From the NCBI GenBank assembly GCA_964016885.1, contig OZ024740.1:19034001-19098000 (forward strand): 64,000 bases of DNA, read 5' to 3'. The DNA comes from Eledone cirrhosa (taxonomy: Eukaryota). The notes below the pieces were generated by a model. The model searched no databases. It saw only the letters and a list, made by a program, of their open reading frames with translations, and was not told the DNA's origin. Below, in pieces: positions 11,601-22,424 of the stretch (position 1 is the stretch's first letter; every line of letters starts with the position of its first letter). The translations under genes were made by a program, and so were the position numbers.

Positions 11601-14400
11601 TTTAGTAAGGAGTTAGCCTCAAATAGAAATAGGAAGGAAAGGGAGCTGGTAGATAGTGTAGAAGAGGCAATTAGAAGCGGCGACGTGGCCAGAGTGCTAG
11701 CATCGTGAACGGCCCTGGGCCAGTTTTTCGACGCGAAACACGAAGGCTGCATCGTCCGAAGCAAAATACGTGCTCTGCGAAACGCGGGGACCAAAGCTGT
11801 TAGCTGAGACCGCGTGACAGAAGCCAAAAGAGGGAGCAGATCCACTATCCGGTCTTTGCGAGACTAGGATGGACGGGTGATCCTTGAACCTAAGCAGATG
11901 TACGAGGTTTTTCAAAAGCACTTTGCCGGATTGTTCGGAAGGAGCGGAGGCCGGTTGGGGATGTGGACTTCGGTCCATACCTCGACGGCCTGTCGCGTCT
12001 CTCGGACAGGAGGAGCCGATTTCAGCTGCTGAAATAAAGGACGTGCTAAGCCAATGCGGCAAACGCAAATCCCCGGGTCTCGATGGTCTTCCATACGAAC
12101 TGTATCTAGCTATGCCGGACTTGTTCCCCGATCTCCTCGAGGCGGTCTACTGCAACTGGCAACAGAACGGGAGAATTCTCTGTGCTGCGACCAAGGGCGT
12201 AGTCACGCTAGTGAGGAAGGACGAGAACAAGGGGAACGATATAAATAATTTCAGGCCCATAACTCTGCTAAATACAGAGTTACAGATTTTGGCCAAGGTG
12301 CTAGCAAAGAGGTTGGCGCTTATCGTGGGCAACCTGGTGGGAGATGCGCAGACATGTGCTATCCCGTCCAGATCCCTCAACGACAACCTCCACCTCATGC
12401 GATACATCATAGAGAGGGTTGGGAACGAACCCGGCTTTGGTGGGGCCCTGATCAACTTGGATCAATCTAAGGCGTTCGATAGGGTCGACCATGGTTACCT
12501 GGATGCGGTGCTAGCGGCGGCAGGCTTCGGACCCGTTTTCAGGGGCTGAGTCAATGCCATGCACAGCAGCCGCATCTGCTCTAGGGTCAAGGTGAACGGC
12601 TACCTCTCGGAGCCGTTCGAAATCGAGCGGTCCATCCGACAAGGGTGCCCTCTCTCCTCCCTTCTGTATGTAATGACTCTAGAGCCACTGCTGCGGAAGT
12701 TGGAGTTGTTGCAGGGCATCCCGTTGGGACCGGGACTGCGGAAAGCGGTGTCGGCCTACGCCGACGACGTAACAGTGATGATGTCGACGGCCTCGGAAAT
12801 CGGGGCAATCGGCACCTTACTGGAGGAGTACGAAAGGTTTACAGGGGCTAAGCTGAACCGGGACAAGTCGATCGGTCTGCAACTCGGCACGTGGAGGGGC
12901 AGATCGATGCCCTCCGATGGCGTCGTCGGGCGCTGGACGGAGGGCCCGGTGAAGTTGCTCGGGGTCTTGTTCGGACCAGACCTCCAGGTGAAGAAGAACT
13001 GGGGTGAGGTAACGAACAGGGTGTTTGCACTGACCCAGAAGTGGGCCGAGTCCAAACTGTCCCTGAAAGGTCGGGCGGAGGTGGCGAACACTTATATAGC
13101 GTCCGTCATCTACTACCGCCTGACCGTTGTGCCTTGCCCAAGGTAAACGCTCGCCAAAATGGAACGCGCACTCTTCCAATTCCTTTGGAAGAAGCGGGCT
13201 CCTATGGTGAGGAGATCCATCTGCTGTCAACACCCTTCGAAAGGAGGGCTGGGGATGCCGTGGCTAATGATACGTAATCACGCATTAAGGCTACGGCACC
13301 TCCAGGTATTCCTCACTGGTCAACCGGTGTGTGCCCCGTTTGTGAGGCGAGCCTTTCCCAGACTCGTCTCACTCACCGAGCTGCAATCCTGGGTCAAACA
13401 AAGACCGAGAAAACTGGGCGCCTGGCACACCGAGTGTGCCCAGGCGCTCACGGCTCTCTGGCATGCGGACCCGGCTGTCAGTGGAGAATCCACCTCGTCA
13501 TTCTATAGAGGGCTGGTGGTTAGCAGGTGCGACGACGCCCTCAGAGAAGCCCTAGGCATGGAGGAAGACGAACTGGCCAACCTGTTCGGTAGGACCTTCC
13601 GCCCGGGATCCATGGATAACTTCCAGAGGTCCCTGGCCTGGCAATTCTACCGAAGGGCTCTGCCCGTTCGAGAAAGGCTCTACAGACACGGGCGCCCGGG
13701 TAGGGACCCCTCGAAAAAGATCTGTCCCAGATGCGTGTGCGACGAGGAAACCGTTGCACACGCATTGGTACACTGCTCGGGCATTGCCGATCTGTGGGGC
13801 TATGTCGAACAACTGCTGTCAAGAGTGGGACCGATCCGGTTGACCACCGAGTCTATTGTAACGATCAAGCCACCCCCACCTCTTCAAAAACGAAGGAGAG
13901 GCGGTGTTTCTGTGCGTAATAGCCATGGTGAAAGAGGTTGTATGGTGGACGTGTCTGAAAGGACTGAGGTCAGACACCTTTCTCTCTGGCCAACAACGGT
14001 CCGTTTCTTCCGATATCATTTCGGAAGAAGGATCAGGATGGAGAGAGAGATGCTGCACCCCAGCCGTTTTTATGAAAGATGGGTGAAAGTGGCGAGAATG
14101 GCCCGTGTGAATGGGCCTTCACTCTACTTCAGACTATAGGTGAAGAAGAGGAAAGATCAAGGGAGCACCCCCTCTCTGTGCTCCTGAGGAGAAGGGTAGC
14201 ACACTTTTTTTCGGGAGTGTGTGCGACCCCCAAGGCGCCTCTTCCCTATGGAGGATTTTGTTATAAAATTTATTTTGTTATATTGTATTTTATTTTTATA
14301 CTTGGTTATTGCCTCCTCTTTATTGAGGACGCCTTGTTTTGTAAACTCCCCCCATTGTACTTGTCCCACTTTTGATGCCCTGGTGGCAAATAAAAAGAAA
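8683..14400 (+). mobile_element. Full-length but decayed Tx1-clade LINE (copy e)
   Basis: 5' UTR; ORF1 8897-10694 (CYLCGTRGHLRAVC); ORF2 10719-14139 with APE (GDWN, YLDRF, SDH), RT (QGCPLS, YADD) and a C-terminal Cys motif. Several stops and frameshifts. ACCT tracts on both sides. Confidence 0.95.
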
Positions 14401-15960
14401 GTTACCTATCTACCTACCTACCTACCTACCCACCTACCTATCTACCTACCTACCTACCTACCCACCTACCTACCTACCTACCTACCTATTTACCCACCTA
14501 CCCACCTACCTACCTCCCTACCTACCTACCTACCTACCTTCCTACCTACCACCTATCTACCTAGCTACCTACCTACCTATCCACCCACCTACCTACCTAC
14601 CCACCCACCTACCTACCTCCCTGCCTACCTACCTCCCTACCTACCTACCTACCTCTCTCCCTACCTACCTACCTCCCTCCCTACCTCCCTACCTACCTCC
14701 CTCCCTCCCTACCTCCCTACTTCCCTATCTACCTCCCTACCTACCTACCTACCTCCCTACCTACCTACCTACCTCCCTCCCTACCTACCTACCTACCTAC
14801 CTACCTCCCTACCTCCCTCCCTACCTCCCTACCTACCTACCTCCCTACCTACCTACCTACCTACCTCCCTACCTACCTACCTACATTCCTACCTACCTAC
14901 CTCTCTACCTCCCTCCCTCCCAACCTACCTTCCTACCTACCTACCTACCTACCTACCTACCTACCTACCTACCTACCTCCCTACCTACCTCCCTACCTAC
15001 CTACCTACCTCCCTACCTACCTACCTACCTACATTTCTACCTACCTACCTACCTACCTACCTACCTACCTTCCTACCTACCTACCTACCTACCTCTCTAC
15101 CTCCCTCCCTCCCAACCTACCTTCCTACCTACCTACCTACCTACCTACCTCCCTACCTACCTCCCTACCTACCTACCTACCTCCCTACCTACCTACCTAC
15201 ATTCCTACCTACCTACCTACCTACCTACCTACCTCCCTACCTACCTACCTACATTCCTACCTACCTACCTACCTACCTCCCTCCCTACCTCCCTACCTAC
15301 CTACCTACCTACCTATCTATCTACCTCCCTACCTCCCTACCTACCTACCTCCCTACCTACCTACCTACCTACCTACCTATCTACCTACCTCCCTACCTCC
15401 CTCCCTCCCTACCTCCCTACCTACCTACCTACCTACCTCCCTCCCTCCCTACCTACCTACCTACCTACCTATCTACCTACCTCCCTACCTACCTCCCTAC
15501 CTACCTACCTACCTACCTATCTATCTACCTCCCTACCTCCCTACCTATCTACCTACCTCCCTACCTACCTCCCTACCTCCCTACCTCCCTACCTACCTAC
15601 CTCCCTACCTACCTACCTACCTACCTACCTCCCTCCCTCCCAACCTACCTTCCTACCTACCTACCTACCTACCTACCTACCTACCTCCCTCCCTCCCTCC
15701 CTCCCTACCTCCCTACCTACCTCCCTACCTACCTACCTACATTCCTACCTACCTACCTCTCTACCTCCCTCCCTCCCAACCTACCTTCCTACCTACCTAC
15801 CTACCTATCTACCTACCTACCTACCTACCTCCCTCCCTCCCCACCTACCTACCTACCTACCTACCTACCTACCTTCCTACCTTCCTACCTTCCTACCTAC
15901 CTCCCTCCCTCCCCCTACCTCCCTACCTCCCTACCTCCTACCTATCTACATACTCTATCT
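14401..15960. repeat. About 1.55 kb degenerate (ACCT)n/(CCCT)n microsatellite
   Basis: Directly visible; produces the spurious LPTY ORFs. Confidence 0.97.
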
Positions 15961-16285
15961 TTCGTTGAATATCTATACAGTTTAGCCCTAAAACCTAAAC
16001 GAACTACAAAACTTGTCCGGTTTTAAACTAATTTCATATCTTTCTCTGTCTCGTCGATATTGTTTGTTTTTGTTTTGTTGTTTTAATTGATTTCCTCATA
16101 TTGGTTGATACAAGATATAAGTTGAGGTGCCACAGAACCGGAACCACTATTTGCTTTACTCATTTTAAATAAAGAATTTGGTCTCAATTAAATGAAAACA
16201 AAATGCCTTTCACATATATCTGTCTAAAAATGTCGTTTGACTGTTCTTGGAAACTTGTATTTAGCTGTTGTGAGGATTCTTAGCT

Positions 16286-16510
16286 GTTGTTGGCGCCATT
16301 CCACATATTTTCTGCTCCATGTTAGCGCCATTCCACATATTTTCTGCTCCATGTTAGCGCCATTCCACATATTTTCTGCTCCATGTTAGCGCCATTCCAC
16401 ATATTTTCTGCTCCATATTAACGTCAGTCTACACATAGTCATATATATTTTTCTGCTCCATGTTAGCGCCATTGCACATATTTTCTGCTCCATGTTGGCG
16501 CCATTCCACA
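16286..16510. repeat. 32-bp minisatellite (tgttagcgccattccacatattttctgctcca), about 6 copies
   Basis: Tandem units with one interruption, ending about 50 bp before the exon acceptor. Confidence 0.9.
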
Positions 16511-16559
16511 CACAGCCATATTCTTGCAGCAACTGAGTTTCTTTGTCGTTCCATTTCAG

Positions 16560-16756
16560 ATCATTTCGAAGCAAAGATGCCCAAAGTTGATGTTGAAGAG
16601 GTGATGGTGTTAATGCCTGAAGATTGGGAGAGGATTCAGTATGAGTTACACATGAGGGAAATTGAAGCCCAGAAGATCAGACAGTTGAAGAAAAACAAAG
16701 AAGAGATCGCGGAGAAATCGAAGCAATCTGTCAAAAATTGGCCCAACACTCTGGCG
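16560..16756 (+). CDS. CFAP210: Internal coding exon of a CFAP210/CCDC173-like ciliary coiled-coil gene
   Basis: Acceptor ttccatttcAG ends at 16559 and donor GTaagt starts at 16757. Encodes ...MPKVDVEEVMVLMPEDWERIQYEL...SKQSVKNWPNTLA and ends in phase 0. Resembles vertebrate CCDC173 'EWKRIQ...SQEVVKHWTNT' as I recall it; no search was run. Confidence 0.8.
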
Positions 16757-16863
16757 GTAAGTAATCGCTGCTGAGATATTTAATCATAATTAAGCCAAAG
16801 AAAGGGTGAAAGTAAATACACTGGACATGCTTCGCTATTATTAGACCTCCACAATGAAGTATA

Positions 16864-17165
16864 ATCATCATCATCATTTTACGTCCGCTTTTCCCTGCTT
16901 GCAAGGGTGAGACGGCTCCTATTCAGCGCAGCATCCATCCATTCGTCACGGTCCTTCGTCATCTCTTCCGTAAGTTTCAGCGATCTGAGGTCAGCTCTCA
17001 CCATCTCCACCCATGTTTTTCGTGGTCTTCCTCTACTGCGTCTTCCTTCTACTGGGATTTCTTGGCACTTCTTTACCCAGTGGTCATCCTCCATGCGCAT
17101 CACATGTCCATACCATCGCAGTCTTCTCTCCCGCACACTACAACTTATCCCTCTTAAACACATAA
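16864..17165 (-). mobile_element. RTE-clade LINE 3' fragment with (ATG)n tail
   Basis: RRLRWYGHVMRM...GRRSRGRPRKTW is the typical RTE C-terminus. Ends ...cggacgtaaaatgatgatg. Confidence 0.88.
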
Positions 17166-17342
17166 TGTGTGTGGAAATATTTCTGTCTTTAAAATAATGA
17201 CACTAGAAAAGTTCCCCCACTGTGTCCTCTGCAGGGAGAATAAACGGCAAAGTACAGGCTACTATTTGTAATGTTGCTCAATTTAATGTATAATTAACAG
17301 TCTTCGTTGTTTTGTTAATAAATTTATATATTTGTATATGGG

Positions 17343-17401
17343 ACAAACCCGTCTAATCCATGCTATCATGGAAGATAGGCGTTAAACGACGACGACGACG
17401 A

Positions 17402-17404
<3 letters not shown>
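17343..17404 (+). mobile_element. Short RTE-type 3' tail remnant
   Basis: ccgtctaatccatgctatcatggaagataggcgttaaacgacgac resembles the RTE end at 16864-16915. Confidence 0.5.
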
Positions 17405-17452
<48 letters not shown>

Positions 17453-17849
17453 TTAAACATACGGTATATTACCAAATATACTATACATACATTCATGTAT
17501 ACATCGCTATTTCAGAGCACCAATCCTAATACCTAATTTTTGTTGGACCGGCAATCGCTCTGTATAATCAGTTCCTGATTATTACTGGAATTCTATAAGA
17601 ATCCAGCTTCTATAAGTTTCGGCGAAAGCAGGGTAGTACGTGGATCTGATGAGCGCCAACCAGAGTGAAACAGACTGTCAGCTTCTCTCCCTTCTTTCGC
17701 CGAAAAGAAGTGACATAGTCACTACTTTAAAGCTAATAGCTTATGGTCAAACCCCTGGTAATCTACGACGAATTTTTTTTATAAGCACAAAATGTAGACA
17801 CCATCCCCAGGCCGAGGTACTCCGTACTTCTCTGTACTGTTTCAGAAAG

Positions 17850-17913
17850 GAGGGATAAACATGCCAATCTATGTTTAGAAACCTGAACAACGCCGGGCCA
17901 TTCTGTTAGTGTG

Positions 17914-18002
<89 letters not shown>

Positions 18003-18054
18003 ATATATATACGTTGCTCAGGCTTCTAAACATAGATTGGCATGTTTATCCCTC
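17850..18054. repeat. 43-bp inverted repeat (2 mismatches) around a (TA)n spacer
   Basis: 17850-17892 is the reverse complement of 18012-18054. Confidence 0.9.
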
Positions 18055-18301
18055 GTATATATATATAGGCATATTTATCCCTCTATATATATAGCTTAAA
18101 ATGGAACGAGAATAAGAAGAAAGCAAAAACGGGATGGGGGGGGGGGTCCTCATCAGTTGTCTATATATATAATATTAGGAAAATTATCAAAGAAAAGACA
18201 ACGAACGAAAGCAAGACAGAACGAAAAACAAATACTTTTTTTGAATAAAAAGAGAAACGAAAGATTCAGAACTCCAAAGTTTTCAACCAATTGTTTATGA
18301 A

Positions 18302-21300
18302 TTGGCCGATAGATATCGACTAGATTTTCCGACTGCGCCAACCTGGACTTGGGCAAATCGTAGCGGATCATCTAGGTCGTACCTAGATAGGTTCTTAGTT
18401 AGAATTAAGGATAAGGACTTTTTAAGTTGTCCAAAAATGCGCCTGGTTGGCTATTCAGACCACAAGTTAGTGACCTGCATGGTCAACCTTGACAGAACTC
18501 ATAGACAGGGACCTGGTTACGGGAAGCTCAGCTTCTCCTTACCGGCAAGTAAGGCTTACAGGGACCGGATTAGCACTTTAGTTAAGGAGCGGTTGACGGG
18601 CGCCATCGTCAACAGCAGGTGGTGGGGATCTCTCAAAAGAGAGATTAGAGTAGTCTCTATAGAATTTAGTAAGGAGTTAGCCTCTAATAGAAACAGGAAG
18701 GAAAGGGAGTTGGTAGATAGTGTAGAAGAGGCAATTAGAAGCGGCGACGTGGCCAGAGTGCTAGCGTCGAGAACGGCCCTGGGCCAGTTCTTCGACGCGA
18801 AACACGAAGGCTGCATCGTCCGAAGCAAAATACGTGCTCTGGGAAACGAGGTACCAAAGCTGTTAGCTGGGCCCGCGTGACAGAAGCCAAAAGGGGGAGC
18901 AGATCCACTATCCGGTCTTTTCGAGACCAGGATGGACGGGTGATCCTTGAACCTAAGCAGATGTGCGAGGCTTTTCAAAAGCACTTTGCCGGATTGTTCG
19001 GAAGGGGCGAGGGCCGGTTGGGGATGTGGACTTCGGTCCATACCTCGACTGCCTGCCGCGTCTTTCGGACAGGGAGGCGAAATCCTGCGAGGAGCCGATT
19101 TCAGCCGCTGAGATAGAGGACGTGCTGAGCCAATGCGGCAAACGCAAATCCCCGGGTCTCGATGGTCTTCCATACGAACTATATCTAGCTATGCCGGACT
19201 TGTTCCCCGATCTCCTCGAGGCAGTCTACTGCAACTGGCAACAGAACGGGAGAATTCCCTGTGCTGTGACCAAGGGCGTAGTCACGCTAGTGAGGAAGGA
19301 CGAGAACAAGGGGGACGATATAAATAATTTCAGACCCATAACTCTGCTAAATACAGAGTTACAGATTTTGGCCAAGGTGCTAGCAAAGAGGTTGGTGCTT
19401 GTTGTGGGCAACCTGGTGGGAGATGCGCAGACATGTGCTATCCCGTCCTGGTCCATCCACGACAACCTCCACCTCATGCGATACATCATAGAGAGGGTTG
19501 GGAACGAACCCGGCTTTGGTGGGGCCCTGATCAACTTAGATCAATCTGAGGCATTCGATAGGGTCGACCATGGTTACCTGGATGCGGTGCTAGCGGCGGC
19601 AGGCTTCGGACCTGTTTTCAGGGGCTGGATCAATGCCATGCACAGCAGCCGCATCTGCTCTAGGGTCAAGGTGAACGGCTACCTCTTGGAGCTGTTCGAG
19701 ATCGAGCGGTCCATCCGACAGGGGTGCCCTCTCTCCTCCCTTCTGTATGTAATGACTCTAGAGCCACTTCTGCAGAAGTTGGAGTTGTTGCAGGGCATCC
19801 CGTTGGAACCGGGATTGCGGAAAGCGGTGTCGGCCTACGCCGACGACGTAACAGTAATGGTGTCGACGGCCTCGGAAATCGGGGCGATCAGCACCTTACT
19901 GGAGGAGTACGAAAGGTTTACAGGGGCTAAGCTGAACCGGGACAAGTCGATCGGTCTGCAACTCCGCACGTGGAGGGGCAGATCGATGCCCTCCGATGGC
20001 GTCGTCGGGCGCTGGACGGAGAGCCAGGTGAAGTTGCTCGGGGTCTGGTTCGGACCAGACCTCCAGGTGGAGAAGAACTGGAGTGAGGTAACGAACAGGG
20101 TGTTTGCACTGACCCAGAAGTGGGCCGAGTCCAAACTGTCCCTGAAAGGTCGGGCGGAGGTGGCGAACACTTATATAGCGTCCGTCATCTACTACCGCCT
20201 GACCGTTGTGCCTTGCCCAAGGGAAACGCTAGCCAAAATGGAGCGCGCACTCTTCCAATTCCTTTGGAAGAAGCGGGCTCTTATGGTGAGGAGATCCATC
20301 TGCTGTCAACACCCTTCGAAAGGAGGGCTGGGGATGCCGTGGCTAATGATACGTAAACACTCATTAAGGCTACGGCACCTCCAGGTATTCCTCTCCGGTC
20401 AACCGGTGTGGGTCCCGTTTGTGAGGCGAGCCTTTCCCAGACTCGTCTCACTCACCGAGCTGCAATCCTGGGTCAAGCAAAGACCGAGAAAACTGGGCGC
20501 CTGGCACACCGAGTGTGCCCAGGCGTTCACGGCTCTCTGGCAAGCGGACCCGGCTGTCAGTGGAGAATCCACCTCGTCATTCTATAGAGGGCTGGTGGTT
20601 AGCAGGTGCGACGACGCCCTCGGAGAAGCCCTAGGCATGGAGGAAGACGAACTGGCTAACCTGTTCGGTAGGACATTCAATCCGGGACCCATGGATAACG
20701 TCCAGAGGTCCCTGGCCTGGCAGTGCTACAGAAGGGCTCTGCCCGTTCGAGAAAGGCTCTACAGACACGGGCGTCCGGGTAGGGACCCCTCGAAAAAGAT
20801 CTGTCCCAGATGCGTGTGCGACGAGGAAACCGTTGCACACGCATTGGTACACTGCGCGGGCATTGCTGATCTGTGGGGCTATGTCGAACAACTGCTGTCA
20901 AGGGTGGGACCGATCCGGTTGACCACCGAGTCTATTGTAACGATCAAGCCGCCTCCCCTCTTCAAAAACGGAGAGGCGGTGTTTCTGTGCGTAATAGCCA
21001 TGGCGAAAGAGGTTGTATGGTGGACGCGTCTGAAAGGACTGAGGTCAGACACCTTTCTCTCTGGCCAACAACTGGTCCGTTTCTTCCGATATCATTTCGG
21101 AAGAAGGATCAGGATGGAGAGAGAGGTGCTGCACCCCAGCCGTTTTTATGAACGATGGGTGAAAGTGGCGAGAATGGCCCGTGTGAATGGGCCTTCACTC
21201 TACATCAGACTATAGGTGAGGAAGAGGAAAGACCAAGGGAGCACCCCTTCTCTGTGCTCCTGAGGAAAAGGGTTGCACCATTTTTTCGGGGGGTGTGTGC

Positions 21301-21481
21301 GACCCCCTAAGGCGCCTCCTCTCTATTGAGGATTTTGTTATAAATTCTATTCTGTTATATTTTATTTTATTTTTATATTTTGTTATTGCCTCCTCCTTAT
21401 TGAGTACGCCTTGTTTTGTAAACTCCCCATTTGTACTTGTCCCACTTTTGATGCCCTGGTGGCAAATAAAAGAAACATATC
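18302..21481 (+). mobile_element. Tx1-clade LINE, 5'-truncated, near-identical to copy e (copy j)
   Basis: Starts within APE. The 18963-21215 frame carries RT (YADD) and the C-terminus without stops. Same 3' UTR type as copies d and e. Confidence 0.95.
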
Positions 21482-21484
21482 TAT

Positions 21485-22418
21485 CACAGCCCTCTGGCAG
21501 GCGGACCCGGCGATCAGTGGAGACTCCATTTCGTCATTCTATAGAGGGTTGATCCGCAGCAAGTGCGACGACGTGCTCGGTGAAACTCTAGGCGTAGAGG
21601 AAGACGACCTGGCCAGTCTGTTCGGTAGGACCTTCCGCCCGGGACCGATGGACAACTTCCAAAAGTCCCTGGGCTGGCAGTGCTACCGAGGTGCTCTACC
21701 AGTTCGAGACAAACTCTACAGACATGGGAGCCCGGGCAGGGACCCTGCAAAAAAGATCTGTCCGAGGTGCGTGCGAGACGAAGAAACCGTCGCGCACGCA
21801 TTCATACACTGCCCGGGCGTCACCGACCTGTGGGGCTATGTGGAACGACTATTGTCGCGGGTGGGACCAATCCGGTTGACCTCTGAGTCCATTGTCATGA
21901 TCAAACCGCCACCCTCCTTCAAAAACGAAGGAGAGGCGGTTTTCATTTGTGTGATAGCTATGGTGAAAGAGGTTGTATGGTGGACAAGGTTGAAAGGGCT
22001 GAGGTCAGACACCCTTCTCTCCGGCCAACAACTGATTCTTTTTTTCAAATACCACTTTGGAAGAAGAATCAGGATGGAGAGAGAGGTGCTGTACCCCAGC
22101 AAGTTTTATGAAAGGTGGGTGAAAATGGCGAGAATGGTCCGAGTGAATGGGCCTTCTCTCTATATCAGCCTGTAGGTTGAGGAAAAAGAGGAGGAGAGGA
22201 AAGGAGTACAAACTCTTCGTACTCCTGGAGATGAGAGTTGCACATTTTTTTTTTCGGGGGTATGTGTTACCCATATCTAATGTCTCCCCTTATTGGGGAA
22301 AATCGATTAATTTTTAAATTGCATTTGTGATAATATTTTACACGTTTTTATTGTATGTAAACTTCCCCGTTTGTATTTGTCCCCTTTTGTGCCCCTGTGG
22401 CTAATAAAGAAACATATC
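21485..22418 (+). mobile_element. Tx1-clade LINE 3' fragment (copy k)
   Basis: Follows the ATATCTATC end of copy j. ORF2 stop at 22175; 3' UTR like copy b. Confidence 0.9.
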
Positions 22419-22424
22419 TATCTC

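Noticed and set aside
11492-13233. Antisense ORFs overlapping the RT regions
   Set aside because: They are expected by-products of GC-rich coding sequence and recur only because the element recurs.
14221-16026. 601-aa and 537-aa LPTY-repeat ORFs
   Set aside because: They are translations of the stop-poor (ACCT)n microsatellite with no other coding evidence.
16286-16510. 32-bp repeats as CRISPR direct repeats
   Set aside because: The units abut without spacers; this is an ordinary minisatellite.
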